DNA from: a virus | DNA length: 64,000 nucleotides | UHGV virus genome: UHGV-0294963 | Reading direction: 5' to 3' (one strand) | Part shown: positions 20,383-28,570 of the stretch, in pieces | Layout: the number at the start of each line of letters is the position of its first letter | Numbering within the stretch: the first letter of the stretch is position 1 | The notes under the pieces: generated by a model | Databases searched by the model: none | Seen by the model: only the letters and a program-made list of their open reading frames with translations | Told to the model about the DNA's origin: nothing | Translations under genes and position numbers: made by a program

Positions 20383-20806
20383 TGTCGTCTAACTCCTCTC
20401 TCAATACTGCAAGCATATCAGGATTATTCTTTGTATCATTCCAATATGGGTCTTGGTAATAAGATATATTCGCATACATCCTATCTTGCTCAGATGTGAA
20501 CACGATGTGATTCCACTTTCTTGCTGTAGCTGTAAGAAACAGATAAGTCAGTTCTGGGATGGTTATCGTGCCTTTAGCAGCAATCTTTCTCACACGAGAC
20601 TGCTTATTAGAATCAGCAATATCATATACCTTAAGCACTTCATCTAGACAAGCATCCCATTCATTTATACTCAACTCCTTATTCTTCTTAACCCTCATTT
20701 CGAGATAACCAGCAGCAGCGTCGAGTAAACTCTGGTCTTTAGGAAACCGACTCAGAACATGCGACCAATAAGGCTGTGGCAGATTATTTCTCATAGTAAT
20801 ACGCAC
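20375..20806 (-). CDS. Hypothetical protein (143 aa)
   Basis: ORF coupled to neighbours. Confidence 0.4.
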   Translation of the reverse strand: MRITMRNNLPQPYWSHVLSRFPKDQSLLDAAAGYLEMRVKKNKELSINEWDACLDEVLKVYDIADSNKQSRVRKIAAKGTITIPELTYLFLTATARKWNHIVFTSEQDRMYANISYYQDPYWNDTKNNPDMLAVLREELDDNE

Positions 20807-20939
20807 CCCTTATGTATAACCTTTATTTTGCTTACGTTGTGCTGTGGTTTTGCGTGTGGAACCATATTATAGCACATACAGTTATTAAACACACAACCAC
20901 GTAGCAAAACCACGCACAAGTGGTGACAATAAATGTCAC

Positions 20940-20979
20940 ATTATAATTATATAATAACCGACTAACGATACACGAAGTT
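20940..20979 (-). promoter_or_regulatory. Candidate promoter (revcomp AACTTCGTG, 18 nt, TATATAAT)
   Basis: Recurrent architecture in the 170-bp gap upstream of the 20375..20806 gene. Confidence 0.45.
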
Positions 20980-21967
20980 ATTTATAACGTGGTGTTGGAT
21001 ACCAATATCCATGTACCACAGGACTAACCTTAGAATTACCAACTCTTCTAAACCCACCGGTTTTTGTATAGACAATGGGAACACCGTCGGCGTAAAGCTG
21101 AACTCCCAATGCGAGTAGATACTCAAGAGGAACCGCGGTATATCCCGGTACAATCATTTCCTGCTGTTTCTTGTAAGCACTGTTCTGAGGGTTATTCACC
21201 ATCTGTTTAGCTACCGATAACGGCATTATCATATTCGTAGTTCTCATCAGCATAATGTTCGGCTTACCAGTACCAGTCATCTCTAAACGGTTATCAACAG
21301 TTTCCACAAGGTTTTCAACATTATTCTGAACCAGTTCTGTGTGGTTTTCAACACTCTCAACAGGATTTTCAACAATAGGTGAAATCGGTTCTTGAATATA
21401 CCCCTTCTTGAGGTCTTTCGGTATAGAACCCATACGCTTGGTCACATCTTTTATAGCCTTCTCAATCTTAGGTATAACGCTGTAGGTTATATTAGAATAC
21501 TCAGCTGAGCCAGCATCTGATTCTGGATTAAGACAATGCTGCTTCCATAGCTCATCGCGACGTGCATTAGCTATATCTAAATCTCGCTTCAACTGGCTTT
21601 GCTCACGGATTGCCATACCGGTTTCTATAAGACTATCAACTGTCTGGACAGCATCAGACCGATATTGATTTTTCGCCCAATTAAATATCTCTTCATCAGA
21701 AGCATCCTGGAACATATAGGTAGTTCTCTGCTTAACTAACGTACCCTGCATAGCATTCTCAATGTAGTTTTCCAGAAGTTTTTCTAAATCAGGTAAAGAA
21801 TCCTCTACTGGATTTATTACCACGATAGGACGATTTTCTATCCCCTGTTGCTCGAAAACGTGTAGCAGTTGATTAAGGGTATCCGCATGCGTTACTGGAC
21901 TGCCTAATGTGAACACCTTATTCTGTATCTGAATCTGCGTCTGACCTTCTAGGTTCACTCTGCTCAC
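20978..21967 (-). CDS. Hypothetical protein with VEN-type short repeats (329 aa; GTG start)
   Basis: SD AGGAGAAAAGAGAG before the GTG. Internal repeats VENPVESVENHTELVQNNVENLVETVDN. Confidence 0.4.
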   Translation of the reverse strand: MSRVNLEGQTQIQIQNKVFTLGSPVTHADTLNQLLHVFEQQGIENRPIVVINPVEDSLPDLEKLLENYIENAMQGTLVKQRTTYMFQDASDEEIFNWAKNQYRSDAVQTVDSLIETGMAIREQSQLKRDLDIANARRDELWKQHCLNPESDAGSAEYSNITYSVIPKIEKAIKDVTKRMGSIPKDLKKGYIQEPISPIVENPVESVENHTELVQNNVENLVETVDNRLEMTGTGKPNIMLMRTTNMIMPLSVAKQMVNNPQNSAYKKQQEMIVPGYTAVPLEYLLALGVQLYADGVPIVYTKTGGFRRVGNSKVSPVVHGYWYPTPRYK

Positions 21968-22133
21968 CTCTCTTTTCTCCTATCTTGCGAACACGACTTC
22001 TCCTGTGCTTAGCCATACACACATCACCAGCTTCTTGGTTTATAGAGCCATGATTTTTCAGCGGACGCCCACAGTACCTGCAGTATCCGGTATTATTATT
22101 CTGTTGTCCAGAAGGGTTCGTAAAATGGTACAT
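21918..22133 (-). CDS. Small zinc-ribbon protein (71 aa, CRYCG...C)
   Basis: Strong SD GGAGGTG 5 nt before the ATG. Overlaps both flanking genes in alternative frames. Confidence 0.4.
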   Translation of the reverse strand: MYHFTNPSGQQNNNTGYCRYCGRPLKNHGSINQEAGDVCMAKHRRSRVRKIGEKRGEQSEPRRSDADSDTE

Positions 22134-23002
22134 ACATACACCTCCAGTCCGGTTAACGCATCACGTTCACTTACCTTTATCTGCCGCCTCGATTGTAGAC
22201 CGAGCTTGTATAGATATATCCATTCTACCCATGGAATATTATGCAAACCACGACCCTGAAAATTCGTGTAAACAGCTTTTACCAAACCACCTTTTTCCCA
22301 ATAATCCTTACCGCAAGACACAAATCTCATTATCTGCTCGAGCCATCTGAATATCGAGGCGTAAACAAAGAACTCATTTCCCTTCTGTGCTTCTAGATAG
22401 GTAAAGATGAACGTAAAATCGCCATCTAATATGGCATCACAGAACGGTCCGGGTTCTTCGCTTATGTCAGATTGCATCCAAGGCTTATAGTAGGTATTAA
22501 ATACCTCAATATCAGACACACCAAGTTCAGATGCCATATCAAGAATCTGAAGCCCGAATAATCGCATCGTGCAGGGCTTATCTACATTCTTCTTCATATG
22601 GTCGATTATACTCTGACTCAACTTCTTCTTAGACAATATGTTACCAGCTTGTGCCCAAGTTAAATCTTCTATTACCAGAACATTGTTATCAAAGAACTCC
22701 AGAGTATTCTGCGAAACCTTTTTGATAGAAGTATATAGATAGACAATCTTACGATTGGTATTCTTATATTCCGGCTTTGGATTGTTAAGAACATCCATAT
22801 CATCGGTAAGAACAAATACCTGGTTATTACCAAGAACTCTACCCTTAGACTTCCAATCTATAGAGTCTACATAAGTCGGTGTTGCTTGGTGAGCCTTACA
22901 GAATTGTTTCAGGTATAGCGTTCTGAGGTCATAATCATTAGCCATGATTACGAACACGTTCGGCGGTGATTTTACGACTTCCTTGAACTGTGCAAGATTC
23001 AT
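22058..23002 (-). CDS. Putative clamp-loader delta-like subunit (no P-loop)
   Basis: 314-aa ORF immediately downstream of two AAA+ clamp-loader genes. Assignment rests on position and size only. Confidence 0.3.
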   Translation of the reverse strand: MNLAQFKEVVKSPPNVFVIMANDYDLRTLYLKQFCKAHQATPTYVDSIDWKSKGRVLGNNQVFVLTDDMDVLNNPKPEYKNTNRKIVYLYTSIKKVSQNTLEFFDNNVLVIEDLTWAQAGNILSKKKLSQSIIDHMKKNVDKPCTMRLFGLQILDMASELGVSDIEVFNTYYKPWMQSDISEEPGPFCDAILDGDFTFIFTYLEAQKGNEFFVYASIFRWLEQIMRFVSCGKDYWEKGGLVKAVYTNFQGRGLHNIPWVEWIYLYKLGLQSRRQIKVSERDALTGLEVYVCTILRTLLDNRIIIPDTAGTVGVR

Positions 23003-23769
23003 TTACAAGCTACCTCCTTCCATAACTCAGCATAGAAATAGCACATAATATAACGGTCAAGGTCATAAAAATTCTGAGACAAAATCGAGAAACTATCCAT
23101 ATCAGAATAGAAACCCTTAGCAAGAAGATAGAAGTAATAGAAGTCCACATCATTCTCCTTCATATACCTACTTAACATATTTGCCTTATTCAAAACCACC
23201 GCTATTGGTTGTGTGAGCGAGTTTTTCAAATCACCCATCTGCTGTATCATATCCGGTAATGCTTGATACCCCTGCCAACCTATCAGATGTTGCAACTGAC
23301 CAGGAGTTTCTACTGCATAACTGATAACATTGATATACTGCTGCACCTGAGCCCTTTCAGAATCTGCACAGATTTCCATAATCTGCTCTGGTGTATAGGA
23401 TTCCATAGAGTAGCAAATACATCTTGATTTTATGGTGGGCAATATCGAGTTGCTAGCAGTGAGACAAAATCTAGCTTTCATTGGTGGCTCTTCTAAAACC
23501 TTGAGAAGCAAATTCTGAATACCTGGATGAAGTCTATCAACATCTGGTATCAGATACATAATCGGATTGGTCTGTGTCTTGATAAAATCCAGAGTTTCAC
23601 GAAACTCTGAAACTGTACCAGACACCTCATACACATATAATCCGAGGTCCTTATAAACCTGACGTATAAGCGTTTTCTTACCTGCATGAAAAGGTCCCTG
23701 AATAAGAATTGCACGAGCGTTAGTTCTAGATAAATTATCGATTAGAGTTTCCTGACCTATAAACTTCAT
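22999..23769 (-). CDS. Clamp-loader delta-prime-like AAA+ subunit
   Basis: LIQGPFHAGKKTL degenerate P-loop. Adjacent to the DnaX-like gene. Confidence 0.55.
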   Translation of the reverse strand: MKFIGQETLIDNLSRTNARAILIQGPFHAGKKTLIRQVYKDLGLYVYEVSGTVSEFRETLDFIKTQTNPIMYLIPDVDRLHPGIQNLLLKVLEEPPMKARFCLTASNSILPTIKSRCICYSMESYTPEQIMEICADSERAQVQQYINVISYAVETPGQLQHLIGWQGYQALPDMIQQMGDLKNSLTQPIAVVLNKANMLSRYMKENDVDFYYFYLLAKGFYSDMDSFSILSQNFYDLDRYIMCYFYAELWKEVACK

Positions 23770-24770
23770 TAGAACTCACCTGCAATCTTTAAGAAATTCA
23801 CCTTCACCAGCGTATAAGGGTCCGGCTCCATCAGAATCAGCTGAACTAGACTATCCAGATTAGACAGAGTTTGAAACAGACGACCGTCTTGTGGTAACGT
23901 CAGAAGCTCCTTGCTAACCTCAAGAGGGAGTGCAACGTCTTCTGGTTTTACACCAAGCTGAAGCTCTACAGCCTGAAGTACAAATCTACGAAAATCCTGT
24001 ACCCAGGTTTTGAAGTCGATACCGTTTCGGTTACACTCGTCCAGGACCTCGATTACGCCCTTAAAGTCGTGAGCATAGAACGTCTTAAGAATCTTTGTCG
24101 GAATATCAAATCCAACCAGTCCTAAAGCAGTATTGATTACATCAAAATCAATCGCAACACCGTAACCTAAGACTTTATCCATCATCGTGATGGCATCACG
24201 CATACCACCGTTGGCAAGCTGCGCGATATACCTCAACGGTTCTCTAGCAACTCCCGTTACCCCTTCTTGCTCAAGAATCCAGAGCAGTCTATCTGTAACA
24301 TCATCGACATTGATACGAGCGAAGTCAAGACGAAGCACACGAGAAGTGATTGTGCTAGGAATCTTACGAGGGTCAGTCGTACAGAACAGGAGTACAACAG
24401 ATTCTGGTGGTTCCTCGACAAGTTTCAGTAACGCATTCCAAGCCTGAACGGTTAGCATATGACACTCGTCTAGAATAAAAATCTTATACTTAGTACCTAT
24501 AGGTTTATGTCTAGCATCAGAAATAATCTTACGAACACCTTCAACACCTGTATTATCAGCAGCATTGATTTCGTAGATATTTGCAGTACCATTCAATTCA
24601 TGAGCAAAGATGCGAGCACAGGTCGTCTTACCAGTGCCGGCTGAGCCTACAAACAAATAACCTGATTTGGGTTTAGCTTGTAAATGATTCCGAAGTACCT
24701 TCTTTGGGTTTTCTTGCCCTACAACGTCATCAAGTCTTGTAGGACGATAAACAGCAGCTAAATTTCGCAT
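23769..24770 (-). CDS. Clamp-loader ATPase (DnaX gamma/tau-like)
   Basis: AAVYRPTRLDDVVGQE...GYLFVGSAGTGKTTCARIFAHELN aligns with the DnaX N-terminus. Walker B ILDECH. Sensor SRV. Confidence 0.85.
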   Translation of the reverse strand: MRNLAAVYRPTRLDDVVGQENPKKVLRNHLQAKPKSGYLFVGSAGTGKTTCARIFAHELNGTANIYEINAADNTGVEGVRKIISDARHKPIGTKYKIFILDECHMLTVQAWNALLKLVEEPPESVVLLFCTTDPRKIPSTITSRVLRLDFARINVDDVTDRLLWILEQEGVTGVAREPLRYIAQLANGGMRDAITMMDKVLGYGVAIDFDVINTALGLVGFDIPTKILKTFYAHDFKGVIEVLDECNRNGIDFKTWVQDFRRFVLQAVELQLGVKPEDVALPLEVSKELLTLPQDGRLFQTLSNLDSLVQLILMEPDPYTLVKVNFLKIAGEF

Positions 24771-24800
24771 AGCACACCTCCGTAGTTTTATTTACAAATA

Positions 24801-24830
24801 TATTATACAACATTTAGCAACACATTACCG
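24801..24830 (-). promoter_or_regulatory. Weak candidate promoter (revcomp ACTTCGG, 19 nt, TGTATAAT)
   Basis: A variant of the recurrent motif upstream of the clamp-loader gene. Confidence 0.3.
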
Positions 24831-24910
24831 AAGTAACGTAAATGCTTAAATACACTGATTTCATATAACCATTTGTACTGCGCAGCAAGCAGCAATTAAG
24901 CAACACCGGA

Positions 24911-24950
24911 AGATAAAAACACAGGTGAACTGTATTAGTTCACCTGTGTC
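24911..24950 (-). terminator. Rho-independent terminator (stem ACACAGGTGAAC / GTTCACCTGTGT, 8-nt loop, then TTTTTAT on the minus strand)
   Basis: Perfect 12-bp stem overlapping the stop codon of the 24935..25411 gene, followed by a U-tract. Confidence 0.6.
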
Positions 24951-25411
24951 AGATGCTGGTCAACAACATCGAGTAATGTTTCTAAATGCCATTTAGTCCG
25001 TTTTTGATAGAAAGTAAGTTCTATACCACCCGCTTCTAGGTCATCTACTGAAACGGACTTTTTACCCGCGGAGTAATATAAGTCCAGTGTAAGTGGTGAT
25101 ATCCAGAAAGCTCTGTTCTCCTTTGACATCCAGATAACATACCCAGCCCTAACTCCCGGAAAAGTATCTTTCTGCAGCATATGTATCCATTGATATTCGG
25201 ATATGTTCTGAAGCATATTGAATAGGGAGGACGCACACTCTTTGCACTCAAGATAGTAGATATGAGGATAGATGTATGCGTCATAATCACACACGTTCGT
25301 TGAGCCTTTCTTACCAGACATCTGGTCGTGAATGCGGTCGTAGCAGATGTTATTCACCTTCAGCCATTCTTCAACGATGTCTTCCCACTCTTTACCGAGA
25401 TTATCTGCCAT
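24935..25411 (-). CDS. PD-(D/E)xK-type nuclease, possible Holliday-junction resolvase
   Basis: D...ECK arrangement (CDYDAYIYPHIYYLECKECA). Sits between clamp-loader and clamp genes. Confidence 0.35.
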   Translation of the reverse strand: MADNLGKEWEDIVEEWLKVNNICYDRIHDQMSGKKGSTNVCDYDAYIYPHIYYLECKECASSLFNMLQNISEYQWIHMLQKDTFPGVRAGYVIWMSKENRAFWISPLTLDLYYSAGKKSVSVDDLEAGGIELTFYQKRTKWHLETLLDVVDQHLTQVN

Positions 25412-26466
25412 CAGACAATAAGACCGATTGATGTTGTTACAGGTCCTACGCAGGCAAGCTGACTCTCGTAGACATCCAGCTGAACCATACCGTCATATGA
25501 AGCGAAACGTGCATTTGCAGAAACGCAATCTATCTCGACAGACCAAGGTCCGTCACCAGCAATAGACTTACAAGGAACTTTCTGAATACTCTCTGCACAC
25601 TTGAGAATGAGTTCATCAGGTGTTTCCTGAGATACAGTGACACTGTAATCATTAGCTGCATCGGCAACGATTGCCAGGAACTGCATAGAGTTAAGGAACG
25701 AGCTCATATCAACCTGCACAGAATGAAGAACTTCATTTGCAAACTCGTCCTTAAGACTTTGAAGAGGGAACTGAGGAATGAAGTCCTGGAAAACCTTAGA
25801 GAATCTTGCAGCAGAACCAGACTCCTCAGACACAAACCAGAAGAACTCAGCACCTGCGTCGTAAATCTGAACATCAGAATGTTTAGAGCAGTAGCTAATC
25901 ATCCTTGCAGAGAGAAGAATACCACCAGCTGCACCTACAAGAGAATCGCCCTTACTGATATTGACTTCGTCAGTCGCAAAAGAGCAGTCTCCATCGGTGT
26001 AGACACAACGCTCTGCAATAGAATCCATAGTCTTAGACAATGTTCCTGTGAGCATCTTGAGTTGATTGAGGTGGTCTACCTTAAGCTGCTCACCAGACTT
26101 GGTGAAGAACTCATGAGCTGCTTTGTTGCCTGCGTCGTCAACAAGGATGGAAAGCTTCAGAGTACCTTTAGAGTTCTTAACGAGAAGTGTGTCGTCAGTT
26201 GCAGAAAGCTCAACATCAGCATCGCAGTAGGAAATCGCCTTACTGAACTTCGCACCGTCTACAGAAACCGTAGGAAATGCTTCGGTAGTTGCACCAACCT
26301 TTGCACAGTACCATACCTCACCATCATCAGGTTCTGTGATAAGATACAGATTTCCATCTGCAACGTGAAGTGTGATAGTGGTTGCAAGGATAACATAGGA
26401 ATTAGGAGTTAAGCCTTCAGACACAGCCGCAAGGGCTGTGTTGAGGTTTTCTTTCTTACAAATCAT
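25411..26466 (-). CDS. DNA polymerase sliding clamp (bacterial beta/DnaN-like)
   Basis: N-terminal pattern L..AL..VS......L.V.DG.L.L...D matches the DnaN domain I layout. 351 aa. Next to the clamp loader. Confidence 0.7.
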   Translation of the reverse strand: MICKKENLNTALAAVSEGLTPNSYVILATTITLHVADGNLYLITEPDDGEVWYCAKVGATTEAFPTVSVDGAKFSKAISYCDADVELSATDDTLLVKNSKGTLKLSILVDDAGNKAAHEFFTKSGEQLKVDHLNQLKMLTGTLSKTMDSIAERCVYTDGDCSFATDEVNISKGDSLVGAAGGILLSARMISYCSKHSDVQIYDAGAEFFWFVSEESGSAARFSKVFQDFIPQFPLQSLKDEFANEVLHSVQVDMSSFLNSMQFLAIVADAANDYSVTVSQETPDELILKCAESIQKVPCKSIAGDGPWSVEIDCVSANARFASYDGMVQLDVYESQLACVGPVTTSIGLIV

Positions 26467-26488
26467 TATTTATACCTCTCAATCTGAA

Positions 26489-27355
26489 TTAGTTCTGGGG
26501 ATTATTGTTCCAAGCACCCTGGGGAGCCGAACCCCAGCCGCCCTGCTGAGACTGCTGACCTTGAGGAGCCCAGCCGCCCTGCTGAGACTGTCCCTGATTC
26601 TGGGGAGCCTGATTCTGGGGAGTAGAATTCTGAGGCTGACCTTGTGGTGCGCCCCAACCCTGCTGAGGAGCTTGATTCTGAGGAGCACCCCAACCATTCT
26701 GTGGCTGACCTCCCCAACCCTGCTGCGGAGCTTGATTCTGACCCCAAGCATTCTGCTGAGAAGCCTGCCCCTGCTGTCCTTCAACCTGAACCTGCTCTGC
26801 CTGAGCTGCTTCAGAACGAGCCTTGACTTCCTCATATTTATCAATAGGACGAACATAAGCATCGCAAACCTCATTTGCCTGGTTCACAAGTTCATCATAC
26901 TGCTCCTCAGTGATACCGCTGTCGCCGATGCTCTGGAAATTATACTTGGTATTAAGACCAGTGCCGGTACGAGTAATCTCATACTTCTGCTTATAAAGGG
27001 GGTTGAAATAGTGCATGAAGCCAGCGAGGTCTTTTCTGAAGGACGCAGGTTTGTCCCAAATCATTACCTTACCAGAAGCAAGGTCGAGCATACGAACAAA
27101 TACTCTAGTAGAAAGCGGTTCACCTGCTTGGCATGCCGGGCACTTCTCAATTGGATCTTTTGGACCTCTCGGGCAATCAACAGTGTAAGTATAGAAGTTA
27201 GCACCTGGCAGTCTGTGACAAGACCAGCCGTCAACACTTGACTCGTCGGTGTAGAGGAATACAACCTGAGCTCTGCCACCGTCCTTCTCGATTCTGAAGG
27301 TATCGGCGCCCTGATACTCCATTGCTTTGGATTCTTCCGCTGTATAGCGTGCCAT
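26489..27355 (-). CDS. Single-stranded DNA-binding protein, T4 gp32-like with zinc site and Gln/Gly/Trp-rich repetitive C-terminal tail
   Basis: H-x13-C-x10-C-x2-C zinc pattern (HRLPGANFYTYTVDCPRGPKDPIEKCPAC). SD AAAGGAAAG before ATG MARYTAEES at 27355. The C-terminus has QQGWG/APQNQ repeats. Confidence 0.6.
   Translation of the reverse strand: MARYTAEESKAMEYQGADTFRIEKDGGRAQVVFLYTDESSVDGWSCHRLPGANFYTYTVDCPRGPKDPIEKCPACQAGEPLSTRVFVRMLDLASGKVMIWDKPASFRKDLAGFMHYFNPLYKQKYEITRTGTGLNTKYNFQSIGDSGITEEQYDELVNQANEVCDAYVRPIDKYEEVKARSEAAQAEQVQVEGQQGQASQQNAWGQNQAPQQGWGGQPQNGWGAPQNQAPQQGWGAPQGQPQNSTPQNQAPQNQGQSQQGGWAPQGQQSQQGGWGSAPQGAWNNNPQN
26500..26780 (-). repeat. Low-complexity tandem repeats encoding the QGW-rich SSB tail
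   Basis: Repeated CAGCCGCCCTGCTGAGACTG units and related units. Confidence 0.6.
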
Positions 27356-27506
27356 AATAATCTTTCCTTTCTGATTTTGAAATTTTGGTACTTGGTGTTT
27401 GGTGTTTGGTTTTCTTTGCTTTACATTTCTTTGCCAATGGTTAAGCAAGACTCAATGTAATCCACTACACGGTCCGCGGTAACGTGCAATGTAACATTGT
27501 ATGCTT

Positions 27507-27539
27507 ATTATAACACACATCTTCGTGTAAAACGAAGTT
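27507..27539 (-). promoter_or_regulatory. Candidate promoter for the SSB gene (revcomp AACTTCGT, 16 nt, TGTTATAAT), with a small CTTCGTG/ACGAAG hairpin
   Basis: Recurrent motif. The downstream leader is CA-rich (CCAAACACCAAACACCAAG). Confidence 0.45.
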
Positions 27540-27556
27540 GTGTGGTTATCGAAATC

Positions 27557-28570
27557 TTACAAGCCGATGCGTCGTGCTGACTTAGGAAGACCAACAAATT
27601 CAGTTGTCTCCAGATATCTAACCATACTCGCTGCATTGAACATCTGACGCATCGCAATGCTATTCGTGATATCCTCGACGCTGTCATCGAGCACTTCTTC
27701 TTCTTCAGATGAACGAGTGGGGTCAATCTTTCTGAGTTTTTCAGTAGAGAAACCAGCGTCTTCGATAAGCCTGCATACTTCTTCTTTAGCGTCTGCACCT
27801 AGCCAACAGAAATGGTCAGCAGCGCCGGTAGTTCTTTCACCTACATTCATAGCGGCAAGCTTATTGTGTCTGTGAACGAGAATTGTTCCATAGATTGCAC
27901 CCTTCAACCAGGTTGTAGAGTCAACCGATGTGAAATCAATATACTGAAGAATATTCAGTGCGGTCATACCAAATCCATGTGTCTTTACATCCGGATTAGA
28001 TGATTTTTTGATACGACGAAATGCTTCTTTGCAGAACACAAGCCTGCGGTCAGTAGTTGTTTCCGTATGAGGTGATATACCGATGTAACGGAGAGGATTA
28101 CCGTTAGCATCACGATACTCTAGCATATTCTCCAACCATTTGAAATCTTCACCCTCATGAAAGACAGGAATAAACCTATCCCAAAGACTCTTGTCAAGAC
28201 GCTCACGCATATGCAAGAAGTTCTCCCAAGAAATTCTTGGAGCATCAAGATAAACCTGTCTATCCTGTACGACGTTAGACTTACCAGGAATGTAGTCAAC
28301 CTGAACCATTACATCGAAATATCTACCGTACTCGTTAAGATAAGCGATGTAGTCGTCAAGGTCAATTTCTTTTCCCTTGGTGTAAGCCGAGAACGCACCT
28401 GAGTCAACGAACAGTTTCATACCTGGATGCTCATCTTTATAACTCATCCAACGCTTAATACGCGAACGGTCATTCAACTGCGAAAACAGTCGATTATAGC
28501 CAGCTTTAACCAGATACTCATCAACTGCTTGCGGTGCGCTACCAGCAAAATATAACTGCGTTTTTAGCAA
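27557..28570 (-). CDS. dpdA: DpdA-like DNA-guanine transglycosylase (TGT superfamily, 7-deazaguanine DNA insertion)
   Basis: KLFVDSGAFSAY matches the catalytic-Asp motif of TGT/DpdA (DSGGF). TIM-barrel size (337 aa). Lacks the tRNA-TGT CxCxxC...H zinc site. TTG start coupled to the upstream gene. Confidence 0.55.
   Translation of the reverse strand: MLKTQLYFAGSAPQAVDEYLVKAGYNRLFSQLNDRSRIKRWMSYKDEHPGMKLFVDSGAFSAYTKGKEIDLDDYIAYLNEYGRYFDVMVQVDYIPGKSNVVQDRQVYLDAPRISWENFLHMRERLDKSLWDRFIPVFHEGEDFKWLENMLEYRDANGNPLRYIGISPHTETTTDRRLVFCKEAFRRIKKSSNPDVKTHGFGMTALNILQYIDFTSVDSTTWLKGAIYGTILVHRHNKLAAMNVGERTTGAADHFCWLGADAKEEVCRLIEDAGFSTEKLRKIDPTRSSEEEEVLDDSVEDITNSIAMRQMFNAASMVRYLETTEFVGLPKSARRIGL

Noticed and set aside
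26500-26780. Possible CRISPR-like repeat array
   Set aside because: The repeats are short, imperfect and in-frame within the SSB coding sequence. No repeat-spacer periodicity is present.
26438-27241. 267-aa plus-strand ORF rich in L/R/S repeats, plus several other overlapping ORFs (26479..26874, 26502..26747, 26644..26826)
   Set aside because: It is antisense to, or in an alternative frame of, the repetitive SSB tail-coding region. A low-complexity repeat produces open frames in all phases. It has no SD and runs opposite to the local transcription direction.
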